From Octopus vulgaris (lineage: Eukaryota), in contig OX597817.1 in assembly GCA_951406725.2 (NCBI GenBank), positions 170,748,001-170,812,000 on the forward strand: a stretch of 64,000 bases of DNA, in the 5' to 3' direction. The notes under the pieces were generated by a model. It was not told where the DNA came from. It saw only the letters and a list, made by a program, of their open reading frames with translations, and ran no database searches. The translations under genes were made by a program, and so were the position numbers. This document shows, piece after piece, positions 40,700-54,042 of the stretch; the stretch's first letter is position 1; every line of letters starts with the position of its first letter.

Positions 40700-43600
40700 A
40701 CCACCACCTGTACTAGTATCATCACCATAACAACTGACAGTACCACAGCTACCACCACCACTACCATCACCATAACTACGTACAGTAACACAGCCACCAC
40801 CACCACCACCACAGCCACTACCATCACCATAACCACGGACATTACCACAGCCACCACCACCACCACTACCATCACCATAACCATGGATAGCACCACAGCC
40901 ACCACCACCACTACCATCACCGTAACCATGGACAGTACCACAGCCACCGCCACCACTACCATCACCATAACCACTGACAGCACCACAGCCACCACCACCA
41001 CAACCATCACCATAACCATGGACAGTACCACAGCCACCACCACCACTACCATCACCATAACCACATACAGTAACACAGCCACCACCACCACCACCACTAC
41101 CATCACCATAACCACTGACAGTACCACAGCCACCACCACCACTACCATCACCATAACCACGGACAGTACCACAGCCACCACCACCACTACCATCACCATA
41201 ACCACGTACAGTAACACAGCCACCACCACCATCACCACCACCACCACCACTACCATCACCGTAACCATGGACAGCACCACAGCCACCACCACCACTACCA
41301 TCACCGTAACCATGGACAGCACCACAGTCACCACCACCACTACCATCACCATAGCCACTGACAGCACCACAGCCACCACCACAACTACCATCACCATAAC
41401 CATGGACATTACCACAGCCACCACCACCACCACTACCATCACCATAACCATGGACAGCACCACAGCCACCACCTCCACTACCATCACCATAACCACGGAC
41501 AGTACCACAGCCACCACCACCACTACCATCACCTTAACCACGGAGAGTACCACAGCCACCACCACCACTACCATCACCATAACCACGGACAGTACCACAG
41601 CCACCACCACCACTACCATCACCTTAACCACGGAGAGTACCACAGCCACAACCACCACTACCATCACCATAACCACTGACAGGACCACAGCCACCACCAC
41701 CACTACCATCACCTTAACCACGGAGAGTACCACAGCCACCACCACCACTACCATCACCATAACCACGGACAGTACCACAGCCACCACCACCACTACCATC
41801 ACCTTAACCACGGAGAGTACCACAGCCACAACCACCACTACCATCACCATAACCACTGACAGTACCACAGCCACCACCACCACTACCATCACCTTAACCA
41901 CGGAGAGTACCACAGCCACCACCACCACTACCATCACCTTAACCACGGAGAGTACCACAGCCACCACCACCACTACCATCACCATAACCACGGAGAGTAC
42001 CACAGCCACCACCTCCACTACCATCACCATAACCACGGAGAGTACCACAGCCACCACCACCACTACCATCACCATAACCACGGAGAGTACCACAGCCACA
42101 ACCACCACTACCATCACCATAACCACTGACAGTACCACAGCCACCACCACCACTACCATCACCTTAACCACGGAGAGTACCACAGCCACCACCACCACTA
42201 CCATCACCATAACCACGGAGAGTACCACAGCCACCACCACCACTACCATCACCATAACCACGGACAGTACCACAGCCACCACCACCACTACCATCACCTT
42301 AACCACGGAGAGTACCACAGCCACAACCACCACTACCATCACCATAACCACGGAGAGTACCACAGCCACCACCTCCACTACTATCACCATAACCACGGAG
42401 AGTACCACAGCCACCACCACCACTACCATCACCATAACCACGGAGAGTACCACAGCCACAACCACCACTACCATCACCATAACCACTGACAGTACCACAG
42501 CCACCACCACCACTACCATCACCATAACCACGGACAGTACCACAGCCACCACCACTACTACCATCACCTTAACCACGGAGAGTACCACAGCCACAACCAC
42601 CACTACCATCACCATAACCACTGACAGTACCACAGCCATCACCACCACTACCATCACCTTAACCACGGAGAGTACCACAGCCACCACCACCACTACCATC
42701 ACCATAACCACGGAGAGTACCACAGCCACCACCTCCACTACCATCACCATAACCACTGACAGTACCACAGCCACCACCACCACTACCATCACCATAACCA
42801 CGGACAGTACCACAGCCACCACCACCACTACCATCACCTTAACCACGGAGAGTACCACAGCCACAACCACCACTACCATCACCATAACCACTGACAGTAC
42901 CACAGCCACCACCACCACTACCATCACCTTAACCACGGAGAGTACCACAGCCACCACCACCACTACCATCACCATAACCACGGACAGTACCACAGCCACC
43001 ACCACTACTACCATCAACCACCACTACCATCACCATAACCACTGACAGTACCACAGCCATCACCACCACTACCATCACCTTAACCACGGAGAGTACCACA
43101 GCCACAACCACCACTACCATCACCATAACCACTGACAGTACCACAGCCACCACCACCACTACCATCACCACCACCACCACTACATCACCATAACCACGGA
43201 GAGTACCACAGCCACCACCACCACTACCATCACCATAACCACGGAGAGTACCACAGCCACAACCACCACTACTATCACCATAACCACTGACAGTACCACA
43301 GCCACCACCACCACTACCATCACCATAACCACGGACAGTACCACAGCCACCACCACTACTACCATCACCTTAACCACGGAGAGTACCACAGCCACAACCA
43401 CCACTACCATCACCATAACCACTGACAGTACCACAGCCACCACCACCACTACCATCACCATAACCACGGACAGTACCACAGCCACCACCACCACTACCAC
43501 GGAGAGTACCACAGCCACCACCTCCACTACCATCACCATAACAACTGACAGTACCACAGCCACCACCACTACTACCATCACCTTAACCACGGAGAGTACC

Positions 43601-45946
43601 ACAGCCACAACCACCACTACCATCACCATAACCACTGACAGTACCACAGCCATCACCACCACTACCATCACCTTAACCACGGAGAGTACCACAGCCACAA
43701 CCACCACTACCATCACCATAACCACTGACAGTACCACAGCCACCACCACCACTACCATCACCATAACCACGGAGAGTACCACAGCCACCACCTCCACTAC
43801 CATCACCATAACCACGGAGAGTACCACAGCCACCACCACCACTACCATCACCATAACCACGGAGAGTACCACAGCCACAACCACCACTACCATCACCATA
43901 ACCACTGACAGTACCACAGCCACCACCACCACTACCATCACCATAACCACGGAGAGTACCACAGCCACCACCACCACTACCATCACCTTAACCACGGAGA
44001 GTACCACAGCCACCACCTCCACTACCATCACCATAACCACGGACAGTACCACAGCCACCACCACCACTACCATCACCATAACCACGGACAGTACCACAGC
44101 CACAACCACCACTACCATCACCATAACCACTGACAGTACCACAGCCACCACCACCACTACCATCACCTTAACCACGGACAGTACCACAGCCACCACCACC
44201 ACTACCATCACCTTAACCACGGACAGTACCACAGCCACCACCACCACTACCATCACCATAACCACGGACAGTACCACAGCCACCACCACCACTACCATCA
44301 CCATAACCACGGACAGTACCACAGCCACAACCACCACTACCATCACCATAACCACTGACAGTACCACAGCCACCACCACCACTACCATCACCGTAACCAT
44401 GGACAGTACCACAGCCACCACCACCACTACCATCACCTTAACCACGGACAGTACCACAGCCACCACCACCACTACCATCACCATAACCACGGAGAGTACC
44501 ACAGCCACCACCACCACTACCATCACCATAACCACGGACAGTACCACAGCCACAACCACCACTACCATCACCATAACCACGGACAGTACCACAGCCACCA
44601 CCACCACTACCATCACCCTAACCACGTACAGTACCACAGCCACCACCACCACTACCATCACCATTAACCACGGACAGTACCACAGCCACCACCACCACTA
44701 CCATCACCATAACCACGGACAGTACCACAGCCACCACCACCACTACCATCACCATAACCACGGACAGTACCACAGCCACCACCACCACTACCATCACCAT
44801 AACCACGGACAGTACCACAGCCACCACCACCACTACCATCACCTTAACCACGGAGAGTACCACAGCCACCACCACCACTACCATCACCATAACCACGGAC
44901 AGTACCACAGCCACCACCACCACTACCATCACCATAACCACGGAGAGTACCACAGCCACAACCACCACTACCATCACCATAACCACTGACAGTACCACAG
45001 CCACCACCTCCACTACCATCACCATAACCACGGACAGTACCACAGCCACCACCACCACTACCATCACCATAACCACGGACAGTACCACAGCCACAACCAC
45101 CACTACCATCACCATAACCACGGACAGTACCACAGCCACCACCACCACTACCATCACCATTAACCACGGACAGTACCACAGCCACCACCACCACTACCAT
45201 CACCTTAACCACGGACAGTACCACAGCCACCACCACCACTACCATCACCATAACCACGGACAGTACCACAGCCACCACCACCACTACCATCACCATAACC
45301 ACGGACAGTACCACAGCCACAACCACCACTACCATCACCATAACCATGGACAGTACCACAGCCACCACCACCACTACCATCACCATAACCACTGGACAGT
45401 ACCACAGCCACCACCACCACTACCATCACCATAACCACGGACAGTACCACAGCCACCACCTCCACTACCATCACCATAACCACGGACAGTACCACAGCCA
45501 CCACCACCACTACCATCACCATAACCACGGACAGTACCACAGCCACCACCTCCACTACCATCACCATAACCAACTGACAGTACCACAGCCACCACCACCA
45601 CTACCATCACCTTAACCACGGACAGTACCACAGCCACCACCACCACTACCATCACCATAACCACGGACAGTACCACAGCCACCACCTCCACTACCATCAC
45701 CATAACCACGGACAGTACCACAGCCACCACCACCACTACCATCACCTTAACCACGGAGAGTACCACAGCCACCACCTCCACTACCATCACCATAACCACG
45801 GAGAGTACCACAGCCACCACCACCACTACCATCACCATAACCACGGACAGTACCACAGCCACCACTACCACTACCATCACCATAACCACGGACAGTACCA
45901 CAGCCACCACTACCACTACCATCACCGTAACCATTGACAGTACCAC
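40700..45946. repeat. 45-bp minisatellite, roughly 115 units
   Basis: Unit accacggacagtaccacagccaccaccaccactaccatcaccata; the register recurs every 180 bp (41521, 41701, 41881). Confidence 0.97.
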
Positions 45947-47544
45947 ACCACTACCACCATCACTACCAAAATTGTCATCACTATGACTCCAACTTCTATC
46001 AAACCAGCACCAGCATCACCACCACTATTGCTGCTGCCACTACTGCCTTCATCTCCACCAACACCACAACATGCCACTGACCCCACCACCACCGCCACCA
46101 CCACCACCACCACCACCACCATCACCACCCACCACTACTACCATCACTACCATCATCATCATTACCAGTATAATCACTATGACCCCAGCTCCTATCAAAC
46201 AGACACCAGCATCACCATCACCATAACCATCACCACCACCACCACCACCACCACTACTGCCAACAACAACAACAACAACATTTGAAAATCCAATTTTATA
46301 TACCATCATATCTCCAGCTTTCATCATCTCACGGCTGAGGCTTCAATATCCTCTAACCTCTAATCTTACTGCTGCTTCCTATCATTTCCGTAGACTTCTT
46401 CTGCCATTAAATAACTTCCACAGTCACCCTGTATCACTTTTTTCCATCCATCCATCCTTCATCGTTTACATCACATCCAGACCAAGCACACAATTCTCTC
46501 TTCTTCACACACACACTCTCTCTCTCTCTCTCTCTCTCTTTCGCTCTCTTTCTCTTTCTCTCTTACTGTCTCTTACTTCACACTACTTCAAATGATGTTT
46601 TTAATGTCAAACCACTATCTCTGTTCACCTGAGCTATGTATCGTCATCAAAGCCACGACCACCACCACTGCTTTCATGTTAACTTCTAACAGACCATACA
46701 TGTACTCATCTAACAGATTATACACTTCACATACATCTTCAACCTTCATCCTTCATCCATACACTTTTTATGTTCGGCGCCCATGTCTCGCTATCGTGTA
46801 GTGCCTGCCATACTTTTTGTACACATAACCTTTATGGCTTTTTGAAATTTGATTCAGGTTTCAGTTGCTGTCAGTTAACTAGTTCATACTGGTGGTTATG
46901 TAAGGAGCAAAGAATCATAGTTTGGAAAAAGAAGAAATGAATAAATAAATAAATAAATAAATGAAGCATTCTTCTTTGAAATATTGGTGTGGTTGGGCGG
47001 AAAAAAAAGAAGGAAACAAATTTTATTGATTCGAATTGTTTCAATACATACAACAGATACACAACTCTATTTAGTTGTAAAGAATAAATTTTTGATGAAA
47101 GTGTCACAGCAGAAAGTTTGTGTTTTTGTGTGAGTGAGTGTGTATATGTGTACATGTGTGTGTTTGTGTGTATGTGAAGTCACTCTTGTACTGTTGGTGA
47201 CCTGTGACCCAGTACAACCTGTTGCATGATTCAGGTCATTGACAAATAAACCAGCAACCTCACCAAGATTGCTTGGCAAGGAGAGCGATTTTTGGACTCC
47301 TGTAGGACGAAAAACATGACCTCTCAAAGGTCAGAGGAACTCGGGAGAGTTAACAGCCATCCAAGGGGAGAGCGTGTTCAACAGTTGTAGTGAAAACAAT
47401 CCATTTAGGAGAAGGAAATCTCTGAAATAAAAACCATTAATGAGGACCTGCAACAAGCTGACACTGTTTTGCACAGAAAAGTTATGACATGAAGATGTTA
47501 TAGTTTTGTCTTCAGAGAGCTGATAATATTATATTATATATATA

Positions 47545-47752
47545 AAGTTAATCCAAACATGAAAACACAAAGAAAAAACGCAACAACGCGGGGACGTGGA
47601 ACAAGTATAGTCTTATTGGACGCTCAGGAAAAGAAAGAAAGAAGGAGGATTTAACATTTCGAGCGGAGCTCTTCATCAGGAAAAGGATAGATCCAAAGAA
47701 GGGAAGACGGAAGAAAAAAAATCGCCAACGGTACACATGCGGTCACATTTTG
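47545..47752 (-). mobile_element. Penelope-pLTR-like fragment with hammerhead motif
   Basis: Minus strand CTGATGA-a-gagc-tcc-gctc-GAAAT-GTT at 47653-47679; element bounded by TA repeats. Confidence 0.6.
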
Positions 47753-47945
47753 AATCATATATATGTATATATACATATAAAAAATGTATTATTTATGGGA
47801 TGACCCCAGCATATATATATACACACACACACACACACATTATATATATATGTGTGTGTGTGTGTATATATATATGCTGGGGTCCAGCATATATATATAC
47901 ACACACACACACATATATATATGTGTGTGTGTGTATATATATATG

Positions 47946-48220
47946 CTGGGGTCATCCCATAAATAATACATTGTTTTTCAATTGCATGAACTAAAAGTCA
48001 TAGGGGGACAGGATAAACTACTAAATCAACTTGTTATAAAAGCAGAGTGCAAGTTTTGAAGACTGTAGTTCGACTTTAAGAGTTATTTTTTCAAAGCTAT
48101 AAGGGAAGTGACAAAAGAACATATTTGGCATATTTTGCTTTATGAGTTCTATAAAGGCACCGATGCAATGGAAAGTGCAAGGAATATCAATGCAGTATAT
48201 GAAGATCGGACAATAAGCAG
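47946..48220 (+). mobile_element. Mariner 5' fragment
   Basis: TIR-like ctggggtcatcccataaataat, then EVTKEHIWHILLYEFYKGTDAMESARNINAVY, which resembles a mariner transposase N-terminus. Confidence 0.75.
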
Positions 48221-49166
48221 AGAAGCTTGAATTTGGTCATTCAACCATTCATCATCCCATATTGGTTTATTTTTACAGATATTTATTTGTATATTACATT
48301 TTTTATATACATCATATAACTTAGATCATGTATTAGCACTTTCTCCCATTCTAGTGGGGTTTTCAAATCAAACTAAGTTCCTGTGTGAAAAGTCTTGACC
48401 ATTTTATAGTGGTATTGAGTTTGTAGTGGTGGGGAGGAATATAAGACAGTACAAGAGGGTGATGGATGAGGAGAAAGTGAGAGAGAGAACATGTGTGTAT
48501 GTGTGTGTGCGTGTGTGTGTGTGTTTTTGTATCTGGGATGAGTGTTAAAGAAAAAGAGGGGAAGGGAGAGGGAAGAAGAAGAAAATAATTCTTTTGGTCT
48601 GCTGGACAGAATATTGACTCCAAGGGGGTTTTAAGGTCTTGGGAAAAAGAAGAATTTCAGTTTTGACCATTTCACAGTGTCACTGAGTGTGTGGTGGCGG
48701 GGAGGTAGGCCATAAATTATATTTCTTTTTATCATTGTGAGAGTGTGTGTATGTGTGTTTAATGATGGATGGTCAAATGTTTTTTTTGGGTTTAAGAATT
48801 CTTTTTACTTTCTATGATTGTTTTGTGGAGGTGTGTGTGTGTCTGTGTGTGTATCTGTGTGTGTGTGTGTGTGTGTTTGTGTGTGCGTGTGTGGGTGTCT
48901 GTTAGTTTGGAGAAGGGAAGAGAATGGGAGAAAGCACTAATACATGATCTAAGTTATATGATATATTTAAAAAATGTAATATATAAAATAAATATCTGTA
49001 AATATAAATCATCCAATTTTCTGAGTACCTCATTTCTTCTAATATATAATACCTGTACATCATCTCCAAACCTTCCAATATATATATATTTATATATACA
49101 TACATACATACACATATATATATTTATATATTTATATATACATACATACATACATACATACATACA

Positions 49167-49200
<34 letters not shown>

Positions 49201-49250
49201 CATATATACATACGTACGTACGTACGTATGTATGTATGTATATATATGTA

Positions 49251-49304
<54 letters not shown>

Positions 49305-49475
49305 TATACATATATATGACAAGCGTCTTTCAGTGCCTGCCAACCAAATCCACTCACAAGGTTTTGGTCAACCCAAGACTACAGAAGAGATTTTCCCAAG
49401 GTGCCACATGACAGGACTAAATCAACAACTATTGGTTGGGAAGTAAACTACTTACCACACAGCTGATTATGATTT

Positions 49476-49507
<32 letters not shown>

Positions 49508-49812
49508 GAGGTGCAATGGCCCAGTGGTTAGGGCAGTGGACTGTCTGTCGGTGGATCGCAGTTTCGATTCCCAGACAGGGCGTTGTATGTTTATTGAGCG
49601 AAAACACCTAAAGCTCCACAAGGCTCCGGCAGGGGCTGGTGGTGACCCCTGTTGTACTTTTTCGCCCCAACTTTTTCTCACTCTCTCTTCCTGTTTCTTG
49701 AGTAATGGTGCAGTGGACTGGTGTCCCGTCCAGCTGGGGGGAACATATACGCCACAGAAACTGGGAAACCGGGCCCATGAGCCTGGCTTGGCTTGAAAAG
49801 GGAGCATAAATA
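49508..49812 (+). mobile_element. tRNA-derived SINE family D
   Basis: A box tggcccagtgg, B box gtttcgattcc; the head is repeated on the minus strand at 51285-51436. Confidence 0.8.
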
Positions 49813-49825
49813 AATATATATATAT

Positions 49826-50045
49826 TCTTTACTCTTTTACTTGTTTCAGTCATTTGACTGTGACCATGCTGGAGCACTGTCTTTAGTTGAGCACATCGAC
49901 CCCAGGACTTATTCTTCGTAAGCCTAGTACTTATTCTATCGGTCTCTTTTGCTGAACCACTAAATTACGGAGGCATAAACACACCAGCATCGGTTGTCAA
50001 GCGATGTTGGGGAGACAAACATATACACACATACATATATATATA

Positions 50046-50090
<45 letters not shown>

Positions 50091-50102
50091 GTATATATAT
50101 AT

Positions 50103-50133
<31 letters not shown>

Positions 50134-50320
50134 CATATATATATACACACACATACGATGGGCTTCTTCCAGTTTCTGTCTACCAAATCCACTCACAAGA
50201 CTTTGGTTGGCCTGTGGCTATAGTAGAAGACACTTGCCCAAGGTGCCATGCAGTGGGACTGAACCCAGAAGCATGTAGTTTGTAAGCAAGTTACTTACCA
50301 CACAGCCACACCTATGCCTA
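49826..50320 (-). mobile_element. SINE family A
   Basis: Full reverse-complement match with an expanded internal TA tract. Confidence 0.9.
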
Positions 50321-50326
50321 TATATG

Positions 50327-50514
<188 letters not shown>

Positions 50515-51102
50515 CACACACACATAGATACTTACATGCATAAATCATGAATAGTATAACTGGTGTACTATAATTCACACTTGTTTAACTCATCAGTCAC
50601 GCCTTCCAGAATATCTCACTAAATTCAACAACAATGAATAACTCACTGCCATCCATATAACTGCGTGTGTGTGTGTGTGTAAGTGTGTACATGCTCGATT
50701 ATGCCTACACGTACACACATACATGAATGCATAGGTAACAACATTCCTTGCGGATAAGTTGTTCAACAATTGCACCATGAATTTGACAAGTGAAGACTAC
50801 AGCATCAACAAATACCAAGAATGCAGGCTGACAGTCATGTTGATGTGGTGACTGCAAGATATTGCAGGAAGCTTAATTCTGAGGATATCTTTACACACAC
50901 ACACACACACACACAAATACACGTGCACGCACACGCACTCACATGCACATACACACATACATACGCACACATATGACATGCATATTCGCACAAGCAAACA
51001 CACAAATACACACAAGTACACATGCATACATACATATATATATATATACATGCATAACCAAACATGTTCATATACATGCACGCACACACACGCACACACA
51101 CT

Positions 51103-51150
<48 letters not shown>

Positions 51151-51224
51151 TATATATATATGTATGTATAAAACACACACACACACACACACATATATGT
51201 TTATGTTTATGTTTTATGTTTATG

Positions 51225-51436
51225 TTTTCCAGTTTCAGCTCTTGAGCTGTGGCCATGCTGGGGCACCGCCATTGTGGTGAAAGAGTACAGCAGGGATCAC
51301 CACCCCCTGCCGGAGCCTCGTAGAGCTTTTAGGTGTTTTCGCTCAATAAACACACACAACGCCCGGTCTGAGAATCGAAACCGCGATCCTGCGACCGCGA
51401 GTCCGCTGCCCTAACCACTAGGCCATTGCGCCTCCA
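51225..51436 (-). mobile_element. Short SINE: family D head joined to a family A-type tail
   Basis: Head matches 49508-49660; it then reads ggcggtgccccagcatggccacagctcaagagctgaaact. Confidence 0.7.
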
Positions 51437-51752
51437 TATATATATATATAACACATATATATGTGCATAACACACTCTACACACACACACATATATATAT
51501 GTGTATATATCTAAAGTGAGTGACACAAGTGTAAGTTTTGCAATATAATACAACTTCAGTAATGTTATATTCCACAGTAATTCTTAACTCCAGGCCATGA
51601 ATGCTGATGGGGTTTCTCCAAGCATGACAGCAAGATAGCACATCGACATCAGAGCTGCCTGGTTCTACACTGATTCCTTGATTTGCTATATATCTACTTT
51701 GCTATATATCTGATTGCTATATATCTGATTGCTATATATCTACTTTACAACA

Positions 51753-51980
51753 CGGTGGCATTGGCAGACTCGTTAGCGCGCCGGGCGAAATGCTCAGCGG
51801 TATTTCGTCTGTCGTTACATTCTGAGTTCAAATTCCGCCGAGGTCGACTTTACCTTTCATCCTTTCGGGGTCAATAAATAAAGTACCAGTTTCGCACTGG
51901 GGTCGATGTAATCGACTTAATCCGTTTGTCTGTCCTTGTTTGTCCCCTCTATGTTTAGCCCCTTGTGGGCAATAAAGAAA
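51753..51980 (+). mobile_element. tRNA-derived SINE family C
   Basis: Collinear with 7750-7980. Confidence 0.85.
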
Positions 51981-52130
51981 TATATATATCTACTTTACTG
52001 AATGTCATGGTTCATACATACATACATACATACATACATACATACATACATACATACATACATACATACATACATACATACATACACACATACATGCATA
52101 TAAATATATAAATATATATATAGATATGTA

Positions 52131-52516
52131 TGAGTGGCTGTGTGGTAAGTAGCTTGCTTACCAACCACATGGTAATGGGTCCAGTCCCACTGTGTGGCAC
52201 CTCAGGCAAGTGTCTTCTACTATAGCCTTGGACCAACCAAAGCCTTGTGAGTGGATTTGGTAGATGGAAACTGAAAGAAGCCTGTCGTATGTGTGTGTGT
52301 GTGTATTCGTGTGTCTGTGCTTGTCCTCCTCCAACATTGCTTGACAACTGATGCTGGTGTGTTTACATCCCTGTAACTTAGTATTTCGGCAACAAAGACT
52401 GATAGAATAAGTACTAGAATTACAAAGAATAAGTCCTGGGGTTGATTTGTTCGACTAAAGGTGGTGCTCCAGCATGGTCACAATCAAATGACTGAAACAA
52501 GTAAAAGAATAAAAGA
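52131..52516 (+). mobile_element. SINE family A
   Basis: Full match. Confidence 0.9.
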
Positions 52517-52548
<32 letters not shown>

Positions 52549-52555
52549 ATATATA

Positions 52556-52885
52556 GGTGAAAGTGCGTGGCTCAGTGACTAGAGCATTGGGCTCACAATC
52601 ATGAGGTAGTGAGTTCAATTCCTGGACTGGGCTGTGTGTTGTGTTCTTGAGCAAGACACTCTATCTCACATTGATCCAGTTCACTCAGCTGTAGAAGTGA
52701 GTTGCGTCATCACTGGTACCAAGCTGTATCGACCTTTCCCTTGGATAACATCGGTGGCTTGGAGAGGAGAGGGTGGTATGCATGGGCAACTGCTGGTCTT
52801 CTACAAACAACCCTGCCTGGGCTTATGCCTTGGAGGATAACTTTGTAGTGGTCCTGTGGTCTTTCTTGACTGAAGTGGGGTCTTA
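52556..52885 (+). mobile_element. SINE family E
   Basis: tggctcagtga / gagttcaattcc boxes; collinear with 10716-11025. Confidence 0.8.
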
Positions 52886-53679
52886 TTGTTCAAAGACGTG
52901 TGAGGGAGCTGCTACTGCAGTGAAGAAAGGGGCAGAGGACAAGGGACAGGTGACTGGAGATAGATTGAGTTGGAAGTGTCTACGTGTTTCTAGAGGGTAT
53001 CACATAGTAAAATTTGACAAATTAGTCATAGAGGATCTTGTTGAAGGCGATTGATGTTGCTGACCAGTGATGGTGGTGGTGGTGGAGATGATGATGTTAG
53101 TGATGTCATCATGGTAATGGCGGTATAGCAATGAAAGTCAGATGATTAGGATGGATGTTACAAGATGCTGGATAGGGATGGGGTGAAAAGTAATGGTGGT
53201 GGTCATGATAGAATTGTCAGTGGTGTTAATAGTGGTAACGATAATGGTGATGGTAGCAATGGTGGCAGTGGTGGCAGTGATGGTGGTGGTAGTGGTGGTG
53301 GTGGTAGTGGTGGTGGTGGTAGTGGTGGTGGTGGTAGTGGTGGTGGTGGAAGTGGTGGCAGTAGAAGTCATGATGGTGATGGTGAAAAGATGGAGGAATA
53401 TGAAAATGATGATGATCAATGGATTTTGAAATTTGATTCAGGTCTGGTGGTGGTAGTGGTGGGGAGTGGGTTTTAGGGGAGGAATCACGATGGTATTGTT
53501 GATAGTGGTAATGGAGGTGGTAGTGGTGATGGTGCTGCAGCAAGTGCTGGTGGGTGTGGTATTGATTATGATAGAATTTTTGGTAGTGGTGGAGGTGGGG
53601 GACCATTCTTTGTGGTGGTGGTTTTGCCGATGGTGATAGCATTAATAGTGGTGGTGTTAATGATTCTAGGTGGACATAT

Positions 53680-54042
53680 ACACAGGGTGTCCTGAAATTA
53701 AGACAACCAAAGTTTCAGGCTTTAATTAATTATCAATAAATGTGATAAGATATGAAAATTATACATCATTGTAAAAGCTTTGTGTCTTCTTTTTGTTTCA
53801 GATTAAACAAATTCAGATTTATAAATTATAGAATGTCAATAGACCAAAATACAATCATGACTCTCCACAAAGGAGATGAAAGTAATATAGCTATAGCCAA
53901 AAAGCTTAAAATTAACTGAAGAACAGTCTAGAAAATTGTCAAGAAATTTCAAGAGACTGGTTACACTACTGATCGACTTGGACGTGGCCAAAAAAGAAGT
54001 GTGCAGAGCCCTCAGCTTATCAAAAGTACCAGAGAAAAGATA
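53680..54042 (+). mobile_element. Tc1-like transposon 5' fragment
   Basis: cagggtgtcctgaaatta end; IAIAKKLKIN*RTV*KIVKKFQETGYTTDRLGRGQKRSV resembles the HTH plus GRPR-like linker. Confidence 0.7.

Noticed and set aside
40660-45946. CRISPR-like array or Val-rich membrane protein
   Set aside because: There are no unique spacers and the context is eukaryotic; the Val-rich ORF is the antisense of the minisatellite.
47200-47460. RTE 5' UTR-like motif (ttaggagaaggaaatctctgaaataaaaacc)
   Set aside because: Resemblance from memory only, single copy in the window, and no downstream ORF.
49508-49580. tRNA genes at SINE heads
   Set aside because: A/B boxes are present, but there is no acceptor-stem closure and they run into SINE bodies.
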